Below, in pieces: positions 1 to 10,971 of a stretch of DNA of 64,000 bases. The number at the start of each line of letters is the position of its first letter. Position 1 is the stretch's first letter. This stretch comes from Candidatus Poribacteria bacterium (GTDB lineage: Bacteria > Poribacteria > WGA-4E > WGA-3G), in assembly GCA_965215265.1 (NCBI GenBank), contig OZ244048.1:384001-448000 (forward strand), given 5' to 3'. The translations under genes and the position numbers were made by a program. The notes under the pieces are model-generated. The model saw only the letters and a list, made by a program, of their open reading frames with translations. It did not search any database and had not been told where the DNA came from.

Positions 1-708
1 ATAGCCGTCATTTCAGGCGTTGGTTCTGGTTTAGGCGCGGCGCTCGCCCGTAAATTTGCACAAGAAGGATGCAGTGTTGCCTTACTTGCCCGTTCAAACG
101 CCTACATTCATAACTTGAAAACGAAGTTGGAAGAGATAGGTGCCACTGCCGTTGCGATTCCCACAGATATTACGGATGCAGAGCAGGTAACTCAGAGTTT
201 TGTGCAGATTCGCGAGGAATTAGGCACACCGGACATCTTAATTAATCACGCTGGAAACGCAGCCTGGGGCAATTTCGCCAACCTAACGCCGGAGGCATTT
301 GAGGGTTCATGGCGCGTCTGTACATTTGGCGCGTTCCTCTGTTCTAAACAGGTCGTCCCCGGAATGCTTGAAAAAGGCGGCGGCACCATTCTATTTACAG
401 GTGCAACATCTTCTGTTCGCGGGAGAGCCGGGGCATTGGCATTCAGCAGTGCAAAGTTCGCGATGCGTGGTTTGGCATCTGCACTCGCTCGCGAGATGGG
501 GCCCCATGGCATTCACGTTGCACATGTGATTATTGACGGTGTCATAGATACACCGGGCGTACGGCAGCGCTACAAACTCAAACCGAATGAGCCGCTCCTT
601 AACCCGGATGCAATCGCGGATACCTATTGGGCTTTAGTTCAACAAGAGCAGAGCGCGTGGAGCTTTGAGGTAGATGTACGCCCATATAATGAAGAATTTT
701 TCACCTAG
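1..708 (+). CDS. Short-chain dehydrogenase/reductase (SDR), 5'-truncated by the window edge
   Basis: Frame is open from base 1 (IAVISGVGSGLGAALARKF, Rossmann glycine motif); NHAG and FSSAK (YxxxK-like) motifs. Confidence 0.9.
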   Translation: MAVISGVGSGLGAALARKFAQEGCSVALLARSNAYIHNLKTKLEEIGATAVAIPTDITDAEQVTQSFVQIREELGTPDILINHAGNAAWGNFANLTPEAFEGSWRVCTFGAFLCSKQVVPGMLEKGGGTILFTGATSSVRGRAGALAFSSAKFAMRGLASALAREMGPHGIHVAHVIIDGVIDTPGVRQRYKLKPNEPLLNPDAIADTYWALVQQEQSAWSFEVDVRPYNEEFFT

Positions 709-758
709 ACGGCTCTGTTTTGTATAGACATATATGGGCGATGTAACCTCGCCCATAC

Positions 759-2144
759 CTAAAATGTACTTGCGCGCGTTGTTAACGGACACCACCGCGT
801 CGTTTCTAGATGACTGAGAAGTACTGCCTTCGCTGCAGAGGTGCCAATACGATAGAGTGCATGGACAGCATCACCGCGTACATACCGGTTCTCATCAAAA
901 AGCACATTTTGCAGCCCTTCAACGGCCTGTGCAGCATTTTCACCAATTCGGGCAAGTGCAAAAACTGCGTTGCGTCTTACGCCAACGTTCTCATCTCTCA
1001 GTGCCTCAACCAAGCCTGAAACTGCTAATGAACTAGATTGACTAGTTGTCCCCAATGCTTCTACAGCACACGCCCGCACAGAAACGGAGGCATCCTGAAG
1101 TGCGTCAATTAAGGTAGGCACTGCAGCTTCTGCCTTCACCCCCAGGTCTCCGAGTGCTTCTGCAGCGTTGCTTCTGACATATTCGCGCGCATCAACCAAC
1201 GCGCCCTGTAATGCCTCAACAGCCGGCGTTCCGACAGCATTAAGCGCGTAACATGCATTTCGGCGCATCAATTCCGATTTGTCGTAGAGGCAGTTTACTA
1301 ATGGCGCGACTACTTTTTCTCTGTATAAACCGAGTTGATATGCCGCACGCAATCCTGTTGATTCGGAGCTGCTATTTAATTCTGCTATTAAGGTTGAGAG
1401 ACGCGCGCTTTTAGAATCTACATCGAGCGATTGCAAATCTCCATTATTCTCCGCACCGCGGTGCCAGTTCCAGAGATGTTTGAACATCTCTTGATGCTCT
1501 GGCGCATGAACTTCCTGACCATTCACCCATTCTGTCTCGCGGTTCGCCCATGTGGATGATTGCGGTTCTGACATGCGTGCATATAGAAATTTCATCATGT
1601 ACCGCTTTTTGTCGCTCATGTTCGGCATAGCACGGTGCCACAGATCATAGTTTGCCAAAGCAACAGTGCCGGCTTTTCCAGAGATTGGCTGTTCAGGTGA
1701 TATTTCCGCGCCCTCGCGGGTACTGTAGTAGTGGCTCATCGGGACAACCGCTGTCGGTCCGAGTGCAACCGGTGTATCTTGTGGGTAATAGAAGAGCAGT
1801 AACCGGCGGGTATGATGCGACCGGCGTTTTCCGCCATCTTGATGCATGCTCTGCCCATTGCTACCAGGCGGATTGTAGTGCGGATGCCGGTGCGGCTGCA
1901 TGTAATAATCATGCCCCAGCAGGCTTGTCAAAGCGCCTTTGACGTTTGGCTCGTCAAGCACCTTCTGAATCTCAGGGATCCGTGGGACCAGGTTATTCCC
2001 CGGATTGCCCTCTTTTTCAAAAACAGCCACAGTTTTTTCATAGATAGATTCGTGAAATTGCGCAGGTAATGTGGTTTCGACGGTGACATACCCGTTTACA
2101 ATGAAATGCCGCATCTGCGCATCCGTTAAAAGCTGATCTGCCAT
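759..2144 (-). CDS. Phytanoyl-CoA dioxygenase (PhyH) family domain fused to C-terminal HEAT repeats
   Basis: HQD and distal LWHRA Fe-binding motifs; repeated VRxxAxxAL HEAT units; ATG at 2144 preceded by GGAGG. Confidence 0.85.
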   Translation of the reverse strand: MADQLLTDAQMRHFIVNGYVTVETTLPAQFHESIYEKTVAVFEKEGNPGNNLVPRIPEIQKVLDEPNVKGALTSLLGHDYYMQPHRHPHYNPPGSNGQSMHQDGGKRRSHHTRRLLLFYYPQDTPVALGPTAVVPMSHYYSTREGAEISPEQPISGKAGTVALANYDLWHRAMPNMSDKKRYMMKFLYARMSEPQSSTWANRETEWVNGQEVHAPEHQEMFKHLWNWHRGAENNGDLQSLDVDSKSARLSTLIAELNSSSESTGLRAAYQLGLYREKVVAPLVNCLYDKSELMRRNACYALNAVGTPAVEALQGALVDAREYVRSNAAEALGDLGVKAEAAVPTLIDALQDASVSVRACAVEALGTTSQSSSLAVSGLVEALRDENVGVRRNAVFALARIGENAAQAVEGLQNVLFDENRYVRGDAVHALYRIGTSAAKAVLLSHLETTRWCPLTTRASTF

Positions 2145-2530
2145 TTTTTCCCTCCTCAAATATTTACAGAAATCTGAGTACATCAATTATGGCATAACAT
2201 GTCATGATTTGCAAGAGGAAATTCTGCGAACCTCTGTCTTTTTGGATGAAGAGAGCTCTACGCTCTTTAAGTATCTTTTCTATTCCTTCAAAGTGTTCAC
2301 CAAGTTAGTAAGAGAACTAACTGCACACTCCAACCCAAACAAAACCAAAAATTTAATTAGGGAGCAGTTAGCAGGGCGGAGATGTGAATTAGAAAAGCAA
2401 CACCAATCATGTTCATTTCGTGTAAGCCAGTTAATTACAATATAACATTGTGCTATTTGAAAGAAAAATCTATATTAAATTTACAAAATTATGGTAAAAT
2501 ATCACACAAAATTAAGTAGAGGTTTTGAAG

Positions 2531-3724
2531 ATGCGACGAAGTTTTGAAAAATCGCTGGCATGGCGGAAACGCGCCAAATCTGCATTAGTCGGGGGTGGGC
2601 AGCCGCACAAACAGAGCCAGCCCCCACAACCCATTATGATTGCCGGTGCAAAAGGCGCGCACTTCTGGGATGCGGATGGAAACGACTATATTGACTACCT
2701 CATGGGTTACGGGCCGATGATACTCGGGCATGCCTACCCCACTGTAAATGAGGCGGTAGCAAAGTACCTTGAACGTGGTAATGTCTACAACTTTGGGCAT
2801 ACTCTGGAAATTGAACTTGCTGAGAAATTGGTTCAGATTATCCCGTCGGCAGATAGAGTCGCTTACTTTGTCGGTGGTTCCGATGCCACAACCGGTGCGA
2901 TTAAGTTTGCTCGTGCCTATACAGGCAGAGAAAAAGTCATCCGCTGCGGTTACCACGGTTGGCACGATTGGTGCAGCCATGCACGCGGCCACCTATCAAG
3001 TGCAGCGTCTGCAACGTTAAGCGTCGATTTTAACGAACTAGAGGCACTCGAAGACCTTTTTAAAACATATCCAGATGATATCGCCTGCTTCATTACAGAG
3101 CCCTCTGGACACGAACTTCCCAAAGAAGGCTATCTGGAGGAGGCAAAAGCACTTGTTAATGCGAACGGCGCACTTATAATTTTTGATGAGGTTAAGACCG
3201 GTTTCAGATACGCCCTAGGCGGCGCACAAGAGTATTTCGGCGTTACGCCCGATATGTCAGTTTTCGGGAAGGCCCTTGCAAACGGCTTTGCCACGGCAGT
3301 CGTCGTAGGTAAACAAGAAATTATGGATGATGTCGCTGATGTATGGGTAGCCGCGACATTCCACGGTGAAGTCTCACTCGTAGGAGCGGCAATTGCGACA
3401 ATTCAGGAATTGGAGGCCTCCGACGGTGTCGCCTTCATGTGGAAACAGGGCCAAAAACTGTTGGATGGCTACAAGGAAATGACTGCACGACTCGGAATTG
3501 ATTGTACACGTATCGGCGGAATTGGACCCATGCCGTTCTTCGGTTTAACTTCGGATGCTACTGAACAGTTTCGCAAAACCTTTTATCAAACAACCTTGGA
3601 TGGAGGTTTGTACCTGCCAGAGGGACATATCTGGTTCATGTCTATCTCGCATACGGACGAAGATATTGCAAAAACGCTGACCGTTTCTGAGGACGCGCTC
3701 AAACGCGCAAAAGCAGCAGCCTAA
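2531..3724 (+). CDS. Class III PLP aminotransferase (glutamate-1-semialdehyde aminomutase-like)
   Basis: DADGNDYIDY, YHG, IFDEVKTGFR and FGKALANG (PLP lysine) motifs. Confidence 0.88.
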   Translation: MRRSFEKSLAWRKRAKSALVGGGQPHKQSQPPQPIMIAGAKGAHFWDADGNDYIDYLMGYGPMILGHAYPTVNEAVAKYLERGNVYNFGHTLEIELAEKLVQIIPSADRVAYFVGGSDATTGAIKFARAYTGREKVIRCGYHGWHDWCSHARGHLSSAASATLSVDFNELEALEDLFKTYPDDIACFITEPSGHELPKEGYLEEAKALVNANGALIIFDEVKTGFRYALGGAQEYFGVTPDMSVFGKALANGFATAVVVGKQEIMDDVADVWVAATFHGEVSLVGAAIATIQELEASDGVAFMWKQGQKLLDGYKEMTARLGIDCTRIGGIGPMPFFGLTSDATEQFRKTFYQTTLDGGLYLPEGHIWFMSISHTDEDIAKTLTVSEDALKRAKAAA

Positions 3725-3765
3725 CGACTGCACCAACCGTCATCTAATAATGGAGAAATGCTATT

Positions 3766-4653
3766 ATGGCAATAGAGATGCATCACACCAAACCTTTTAT
3801 TGTAGATAAAAACTTGGGCTCGGCACTTGACGTGGATAAAACCGAGCTGACCGCGACAACCTCCGACGGCACAGCAGTTGTTCCGCCAACGCAAGAGCAG
3901 AAGTACCTCTTTGATATGCGAGGCTGGCTTTTAGTGCCGGGCATCCTATCAGGCGACGAACTCGCGGAAATGCAAGAATTCGGTTACCGCCTCCATCATG
4001 AACCGGAATCCATACCAGAACATGAACGCTCCCCGCTCGGTGGACCGATGCAGAAATTAGCTGATCATCCGCATGTGATCGGGTTTCTGAATGAGTTCCT
4101 TGCGCATCCTGCCTTATCAAGCCAAGCGTGCTACGGGTTCCGAATGGAGTCATGTAACATGTTCTACCGAACGGTGGGCGATGGGCACTTTGGCCCCCAT
4201 AACGGGAACGGCATGCTCCGTTTTCCAGGGGACTCACACCTCTATCGGTGTATTCCGGGAAAGGCGTACAGCGGATTGACACGCGTCGTATGGGAACTCA
4301 ACCCTGTCAAATACCGGGAAGGCGGGACACTGTTCATCACAGCGAGCCACAAGGCAGTATATACGGCTCCGGATTCCATTCAAACACCGGACTCCCCGAT
4401 CTGGGATACTTATGCCTGCCCTGCCGGCTCCCTCCTCTTTTTCACAGAGGCATTGACACATAGCACGCATCAATGGACGAATGCTGAAAACAACCGGCTT
4501 GCTATTTTTAGCTGTTATAACACTGTTAACAGCAAATGGCATGATTGGGAACCGCATCCGAAGCTGCTCGCGGAGATGCCCACAAAACGGCAGACGCTTT
4601 TCCGACCCGTCCGTGCCGCGAACAATTTAATCGGCGAAACCTATCGGCATTAA
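3766..4653 (+). CDS. PhyH-family 2OG-Fe(II) dioxygenase-like protein
   Basis: KYLFDMRGWLLV N-terminus, ASHK and FTEALTH motifs typical of the PhyH family. Confidence 0.75.
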   Translation: MAIEMHHTKPFIVDKNLGSALDVDKTELTATTSDGTAVVPPTQEQKYLFDMRGWLLVPGILSGDELAEMQEFGYRLHHEPESIPEHERSPLGGPMQKLADHPHVIGFLNEFLAHPALSSQACYGFRMESCNMFYRTVGDGHFGPHNGNGMLRFPGDSHLYRCIPGKAYSGLTRVVWELNPVKYREGGTLFITASHKAVYTAPDSIQTPDSPIWDTYACPAGSLLFFTEALTHSTHQWTNAENNRLAIFSCYNTVNSKWHDWEPHPKLLAEMPTKRQTLFRPVRAANNLIGETYRH

Positions 4654-4810
4654 AGCCCTCACGGTGAGCCCATCTTGAAAAGAGGAGAAGATTCGATGAG
4701 ATAGGAGCCGTAACCAAACAGTTTGTTCAGAAGTCTCCAGCCAAGAGAACTTCTTGCACGGCACAGACTGTCCAAGCGACGACAATTTACAAAGCTGCAG
4801 CCGGGGTTCG

Positions 4811-6445
4811 CTAGCCTTGTGTTCCTTGCCTTGATTTCCAGTACCTATAAAACGTCCATGCGCCGGATGCCACAAGCAGAACCAACAAACAGATTAGGCC
4901 CATATTGATGAGGTTGCGTTTCCGATTCAACTCCCACAACCGTTTACTTGCCTCTTTCGCCGCGGATGTTCCCTTTTGTGCTTTCGCTTTGACCTGTTCC
5001 CAATACCTTTTCGCAAGTGCCGGCTGTCCATGCTGCTCCGCAAGTTTGGCTGTCACAAGCAGATAGGTTACGTCTTGAACATCTACATTATCGACAGCCT
5101 CAGCGAAGGAACTAAGCAATAAAACCGTTAAATCAGGGGACATCGTCGGAAAATCTGTAGTGAGCTCAATCCCGTTCTGGAAAGCAGTAAGTGCCCCCTG
5201 AGGACTGCCCAGGTCAAATGCAATTTGTGCCATTTCAAACCAGGTTTTTCTTTCGAGAGAGAGCGGTTGCTCTATTGAAGTGTAGCCGTCAAACGTGAAA
5301 GTAGCGGAACCGTAGTTGAGCTCCCCATGTTTCGCACTGAGCGTATAAGTTTCGCCAAGGGTTAGTAAACCGGGAGATTTCCATTCATCGAAACGGTAGG
5401 TGCCGTCTTCGGAAGCGACTTGTTCATAATTTGTTCCGTTAATCCAGACGCGTGTACCTGCAATTGATTGCCCAGAGGCATCCGTGGTAGTCCCGAAAAC
5501 TGCAATAGGTTCAAGTGCCCAAGCGAGGTGAACCGATTCTCCGAGAACTAAATGCAACTCGGCAGTCCTGGCATCTGGAATAACGTAGCCTGCTTTCTTC
5601 ACCGTGACGGTGGAGGCCCCTTTTAACAAATTGTCCGTGATAAGTTTTGGGGTTTGTCCAACCTCTACATCATTAAGAATAATTTGCGCGCCTTCCGGAA
5701 AGGTGGTAATTTTAAGAGCTGGGCTCAGTTTGAGCAGTGCTGCTTCAACGTCGCCAGTCGGTGCAAGAATACCTTCCATAAAATTGGGATTCGTTCTCAA
5801 TACTTCATAAACCTCGATGATGCTGAGTTGTCGGTTATCATTAACATCAACTGCGTCGGTTGTCAGCGCTGTGTTAATTTCCTGCAGAAGGGAGTTCTCG
5901 CCAATAGCGTTTGCGGTTTCTGCAGATTGAATTGCGTTCAGCGCGGCTGTGCCGAACGTCTCTCGGTTAGCATAATAGGCATTGAGGTTTGTATCGTTCG
6001 TGTAACCGTCAACGATAACAACAGTTGAATCCGTACCCGCTTCCTTAAACCACTGATTTAATACAGCGTCAGCGATTCCGCTATCATCGCCTTGTGTCAA
6101 TAGGTGCATGGTATTCATGCCCCTTGGTTTGGTAACTGTCCCGTGATAGAGAAAGATGAGGGTTTGTTGTTCTTGTGTCTTATTTCCGATTTGCTGGAGC
6201 ATCGCATGGATTTCTTCGCTTGTGGCGCGCTCACCTTCAATATGATGGAGTTGTTCGCTCGGTACCTTCCCCCGGGTAACGAGCAATTTGATGAGAGCAT
6301 CCAGCGATTCATGTGCACGTGCATCCGGTGTTGCATCTACAATAAGCCAGACTGTGCCAGAATCAACAAGAACAGCTGAAACTGCTGGCACAGATAAAAT
6401 TAATACGATAAAAAAAACTGTGAGGATGATATTGAGTTTTGACAT
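4811..6445 (-). CDS. Membrane-anchored exported protein: caspase-like domain, PEGA domain, carboxypeptidase-regulatory-like beta domain and TPR-like region
   Basis: N-terminal signal peptide; TFPEGAQIILNDVEVGQTP (PEGA); C-terminal TM helix with basic tail. Confidence 0.6.
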   Translation of the reverse strand: MSKLNIILTVFFIVLILSVPAVSAVLVDSGTVWLIVDATPDARAHESLDALIKLLVTRGKVPSEQLHHIEGERATSEEIHAMLQQIGNKTQEQQTLIFLYHGTVTKPRGMNTMHLLTQGDDSGIADAVLNQWFKEAGTDSTVVIVDGYTNDTNLNAYYANRETFGTAALNAIQSAETANAIGENSLLQEINTALTTDAVDVNDNRQLSIIEVYEVLRTNPNFMEGILAPTGDVEAALLKLSPALKITTFPEGAQIILNDVEVGQTPKLITDNLLKGASTVTVKKAGYVIPDARTAELHLVLGESVHLAWALEPIAVFGTTTDASGQSIAGTRVWINGTNYEQVASEDGTYRFDEWKSPGLLTLGETYTLSAKHGELNYGSATFTFDGYTSIEQPLSLERKTWFEMAQIAFDLGSPQGALTAFQNGIELTTDFPTMSPDLTVLLLSSFAEAVDNVDVQDVTYLLVTAKLAEQHGQPALAKRYWEQVKAKAQKGTSAAKEASKRLWELNRKRNLINMGLICLLVLLVASGAWTFYRYWKSRQGTQG

Positions 6446-6790
6446 TTTCCTAAATTCCTAAATTCAGTTAAAATCGGATTGCTTCCAGATGTTCCTCGTG
6501 CCCGGACTAAAAACCTTTCTAATCCGTCAGGAGCAATACATCTTTAGTTTAGCATAATTCTAAGTTGATTGCCAGAAAAAACGTTGCAATGAGACGTTAA
6601 GATTTCTAAACTTTTATGGCAAAACTGCGTCTAAAAAATATAAGATTTGTTTGCAAGTAGGCAATTGCGTAATGTATTGTAAAATTTCAGAGAACTTTTC
6701 GCCGAGGTATCGGTTTAAATTGTAAGAAACACTCTTCCGTATAACGACCAAATAGCGTAAATCTTAACTTTTAACCAAGCGTGTAAGGAG

Positions 6791-8137
6791 ATGCTGATGA
6801 TTCAACGGAAAACTCGGTTCACTTTTATCCTGATTATTCAGTTTACTATGGTTCTTTGTATTAGTGGTGTTGCCCAAGAACCGGCCAGTGAATTGGACTT
6901 ATCCCAACCTTTAACACTTGAACAATGTATTCAGATAGGGTTGGAAAAATCGACCAATATGAGAAATGCGCGGTTGAACCTCGCGATTCAAGAGCTCCGC
7001 GTGAAAAACGCACGAGCCGGCTATTTCCCGCAAATTTTCGCCACCGGCAACTACGATTTTTCTGACCGGATTGACTTCGGATTTGAACCGGAAAACTACA
7101 ACTTAGGTTTGAGAGGGCAATACACGCTCTGGGATAACGGTCAGCGCGAAGGGAACTATGCACAAGCGAAAGAGCGTTTGAGTGCCACTTCAAGCCGCAA
7201 TAAGTCAATTAAACAGAATTTAATTTCTCAAATCACAGAAGCCTACTATAATGTCCTCAAATCGCAGGAATTGGTCAAAGTCAGTGAACAGATTTTGGAA
7301 CGTTCCCAAGAAAACACGCAGCGTACTCGTGATTTTGTCGAAGCCGGCTCCCTCATCCCCGCCGATGTTGCGACAGCCGAAGTACGTGAAGCGAATGATG
7401 TATTGTCGCTGCTGAACAACCGGAATGCACTTCAGATCGCCCAGGCACGGTTACCACAAATCGTCGGCTTGGATCCAGGCGTGTTAATTACCGTCGCAAT
7501 AGACGAATCTTATCAGTTATATCAGCAGCGCGGCACCATTCAAAAAATAGAGATCTCTATCGAGGAAGCCATCCAGATAGCTTTGAGCAATCGTCCTGAA
7601 TTTCAAGAAACACAATCGCAGCTGAAGGAACAAGAATGGACGCTCACGTTGGCAAAATTGCAGCGGTGGCCACGGCTAAACGCAGACGCAGACTACAATG
7701 TGAATCTTGATGACTATCTTCGGGAGCGCGAGGATTTCTCAGATTTCCGAAGTTGGAGTATAGGGGCTTCTCTTAATTTTACCTTATTTGATGGCGGCAT
7801 TCTTAGCAACCGCGTTAAAGAAGTACAACTGCAACTCGAACAGACGCGTGAAGCGGCAAGCGAGCTAGAACGTTCTGTCGCACTCGACGTAAGACAAGCG
7901 TATCTGAATCTCAAACGCAGTGAGACTGCTGTTGACATCTCCAAAACGCAGGTTCTTAATGCGCAGTTGAGCTTGGATGTCATCCAGGGGCGTTTTGAAG
8001 TTGACAAGGCAATTCTACTTGAATTACTGGATGCGCAAACAGGATATGCGCAAGCACTGACAAACCAAGTTAATGCTTTCTACGATTACAAAATCGCTCA
8101 AACCCGTTTACAAGATGCAATGGGAGTTTTACAGTAA
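6791..8137 (+). CDS. TolC-family outer membrane efflux protein
   Basis: LTLEQCIQIGL N-terminus, two OEP repeats, LELLDAQ C-terminal motif. Confidence 0.9.
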   Translation: MLMIQRKTRFTFILIIQFTMVLCISGVAQEPASELDLSQPLTLEQCIQIGLEKSTNMRNARLNLAIQELRVKNARAGYFPQIFATGNYDFSDRIDFGFEPENYNLGLRGQYTLWDNGQREGNYAQAKERLSATSSRNKSIKQNLISQITEAYYNVLKSQELVKVSEQILERSQENTQRTRDFVEAGSLIPADVATAEVREANDVLSLLNNRNALQIAQARLPQIVGLDPGVLITVAIDESYQLYQQRGTIQKIEISIEEAIQIALSNRPEFQETQSQLKEQEWTLTLAKLQRWPRLNADADYNVNLDDYLREREDFSDFRSWSIGASLNFTLFDGGILSNRVKEVQLQLEQTREAASELERSVALDVRQAYLNLKRSETAVDISKTQVLNAQLSLDVIQGRFEVDKAILLELLDAQTGYAQALTNQVNAFYDYKIAQTRLQDAMGVLQ

Positions 8138-8139
8138 CC

Positions 8140-10119
8140 ATGAAGAATAGAAAGAAATGGATTATCATTAGTGGCGCTATCCTGGTTGTTATCGCTGCCT
8201 CGACGATTACCCTCTCCCGAACTAATATGCTCCCCGGCAAAAAACCTAAAGATAAAGAAGCGAAGCACGAGGTTGTCCGGCGTGGAGAATTTCTTGTCAA
8301 AGTCCGTGAATCTGGAAACCTACGTTCACTTATTGAAGTAGATGTACGCTCAAACGTTGAAGGCGAAATTCAGAAAATTTTCGTCGAAGAAGGTGATCTT
8401 GTTGAAATCAACCAACCCTTGCTTCAAATTGATGACAAACAGATCTTAGAGCAGAAAAAACAAGCTGAAGCAAATAAGGAAGCCCGAGAAGCGGAGCTCA
8501 AACAAGCAGAACTTCGAATTGAAATCACCGACAAACAGCAGACAAGTAGCCTACTTCAGGCGCAAAACAGTGTCGCTAAAGCTAGAGCGGCTTTAACATC
8601 CTTCATTGCAAATAAGAACCAACGAATAAACGAGGCAAAAACCCTTGTAGTCACAACACAAAACGAACTCAACCAAGCTAAAATTAATCTGAGTCAGGCA
8701 GAAATCGCCCATGAACAAGCGAAACTAAGCCTTGACCGTGGCAACACAGCCGTTAAATCATCTAAAATTTCGTTTGAGACAGCAGATGCCGAATATAATC
8801 GGAATAAAGACCTCTATGAGAAAAAATTGGTTTCAAAGCGGGCCCTAGAGGAATCACAAACCCAACTTGCCAATGCAGTGTCACAATACGAAAACGCTCA
8901 GAAAGAGGTGGAATCGCAATTGAATACTATTACCTCCCAATCACAGAACATTGAGGCGATGAAGGAGGTAATTGAAAGTCGAAAAGCGACTCTCACACTC
9001 AATCAACAGAACGTTGAGACGTTAAAAGAGTCGCAGAAAGCGCAAGAAAAGCAGCTGCAAGTCGATTTGGAAAATGCAGAGGCACGGCTCGAACAGATTC
9101 AAGAGACAATTGATGAAGAAAAAGAGTTGACCAAGCATGCACGTGTAGGGGCCCAAGCAAGTTTACTTCAAGCAGAGAGCCAACTCAAGTCTCAGGAGGA
9201 GCGCCATGGCTGGACAACAGTCACTGCCCCTATCTCAGGAACCATTACGCGCCTTATTGTAGAAGAGGGCGAAATTATTACATCCGGACGTTCTGCGTTT
9301 TCGCGCGGCGATGCTATCATGCGCATCGCTGACCTGAATCAAATGATTGTCAGAACCCAAATCAATCAGGTTGAAATCGGAAAAATAAAAATAGATCAGC
9401 GTGCTGAAATCACTGTCGATAGCCATCCCAACAGTATTTTCGAGGGAAGAGTCAGGGAAATTTCACCCAGCGCGACCCAGCAGAATCAACAAAATCCAAA
9501 TGCTGTGATTACATTTGAAGTTGATATAGAGGTTATCGGCTCGCCCCCAGAACTCCGCCCTGGAATGTCTGCTGATGTGGACATCATCGTCTTTGAAGAA
9601 CCTGGTATACTGCAGCTGCCTATCGCAGCGGTCCTGAATCCGGAGATTTTCACCGTCAAAGCCAACTTAACGACCGATGCCCTCACGCAATTTCAGCCCG
9701 GGCAAGAACTGAAGATGCGCAGCCTCATCGGAAAAGAATTCAATGGACGCGTCGGACAAGTTTCACCAGAAAAGCAACGCGGGAACCTTGAAATTTTGCT
9801 TGACGAGAAGCAGCAAGGCTTACGGACCGGTCCAACAGAGATTATCATTGTGCTCTCTGACCAAAAACAACTGACCGGAATAGAAGCCCGAATTGATAGT
9901 GAACGGCAGTTCTTTGTGAGACTTGACACCGGTGAATCACACAAAAAGGATGAGGATCAGAAGGAAAAAGGCGCAAAAACACACATAAAAGTCGGGCAGC
10001 GCAATAACACCCACTTTCAAATCATAGCCGGACTCAAGGAAGGCGACCGGGTTTTTGTGCCTTCTATGATGGAATTAACACAAGGTTCAGGGGACAACGA
10101 CGAGGGCTCTTCAAAATAA
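8140..10119 (+). CDS. Periplasmic adaptor (HlyD/MacA-like MFP) with extended coiled coil
   Basis: N-terminal TM; lipoyl halves VRSNVEGEI...VEEGD and VTAPISGTI; LRPGMSADV. Confidence 0.88.
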   Translation: MKNRKKWIIISGAILVVIAASTITLSRTNMLPGKKPKDKEAKHEVVRRGEFLVKVRESGNLRSLIEVDVRSNVEGEIQKIFVEEGDLVEINQPLLQIDDKQILEQKKQAEANKEAREAELKQAELRIEITDKQQTSSLLQAQNSVAKARAALTSFIANKNQRINEAKTLVVTTQNELNQAKINLSQAEIAHEQAKLSLDRGNTAVKSSKISFETADAEYNRNKDLYEKKLVSKRALEESQTQLANAVSQYENAQKEVESQLNTITSQSQNIEAMKEVIESRKATLTLNQQNVETLKESQKAQEKQLQVDLENAEARLEQIQETIDEEKELTKHARVGAQASLLQAESQLKSQEERHGWTTVTAPISGTITRLIVEEGEIITSGRSAFSRGDAIMRIADLNQMIVRTQINQVEIGKIKIDQRAEITVDSHPNSIFEGRVREISPSATQQNQQNPNAVITFEVDIEVIGSPPELRPGMSADVDIIVFEEPGILQLPIAAVLNPEIFTVKANLTTDALTQFQPGQELKMRSLIGKEFNGRVGQVSPEKQRGNLEILLDEKQQGLRTGPTEIIIVLSDQKQLTGIEARIDSERQFFVRLDTGESHKKDEDQKEKGAKTHIKVGQRNNTHFQIIAGLKEGDRVFVPSMMELTQGSGDNDEGSSK

Positions 10120-10193
10120 GTTTTCATCTTAAAAATAAACGGAAAACTTGTCCTTGTGATATTGAAAGCTTAATTTAGATGAGGTGCGATGCA

Positions 10194-10883
10194 ATGTTAA
10201 TTAATGTCAGAGATTTAACAAAAATCTACCAAATGGGCGATGTACAAGTACACGCCCTACGGGGCGTTACCTTTACGGTAGCATCCGGAGAGTTTATCGC
10301 AATTATGGGGCCCTCCGGTTCCGGAAAATCAACCATGATGGATATCCTAGGGTGCCTTGCGACACCCACATCCGGCGAGTACTTCCTTGAAGGCGAGGAA
10401 GTTGGTAAACTTTCGGATAACCGGCTCGCAGACATCCGAAATAAAAAAATCGGGTTTGTCTTTCAGTCTTTCAATCTGCTACCACGGACAAGCGCGCTCC
10501 ACAACGTTGAACTCCCACTTATTTACTCAGGCATCGGCAGAAAAGAACGCAAGCGCCGTGCCTTTGGGGCACTTGAAGCAGTCGGACTAGCTGACCGTGT
10601 AGATCACAAGTCAACGGAGCTCTCCGGTGGGCAGATCCAGCGGGTCGCGATCGCTCGTGCCTTAGTAAATAGCCCATCCATGATCTTTGCTGATGAACCT
10701 ACCGGAAACTTGGACACGCGCTCCGGCAGCGAAATCATGGCAATTTTCAACCGCCTCAATAATGATGGTAACACTATTATCATGGTAACACATGAACCCG
10801 AAGTAGCGGAGCATGCAAAACGCGTCCTACACATTCGAGACGGATTAATTGAACGTGACGTAAAACAGAATGGAACTGAATAA
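10194..10883 (+). CDS. ABC transporter ATP-binding protein (MacB/LolD-like)
   Basis: [25 protein letters not shown]; ATG at 10194 preceded by GAGGTG. Confidence 0.93.
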   Translation: MLINVRDLTKIYQMGDVQVHALRGVTFTVASGEFIAIMGPSGSGKSTMMDILGCLATPTSGEYFLEGEEVGKLSDNRLADIRNKKIGFVFQSFNLLPRTSALHNVELPLIYSGIGRKERKRRAFGALEAVGLADRVDHKSTELSGGQIQRVAIARALVNSPSMIFADEPTGNLDTRSGSEIMAIFNRLNNDGNTIIMVTHEPEVAEHAKRVLHIRDGLIERDVKQNGTE

Positions 10884-10971
10884 TATATTATACCCGGACG
10901 AAAATAGCAGACTTAACCTGACGGTAGGTAGGAACACCTCTTAAATAAGGTTTGGCACTTTTAAACGCTAT

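Noticed and set aside
2531-3724. Symbol hemL
   Set aside because: Family is clear but the protein is divergent and lacks tetrapyrrole context; could be a paralogue.
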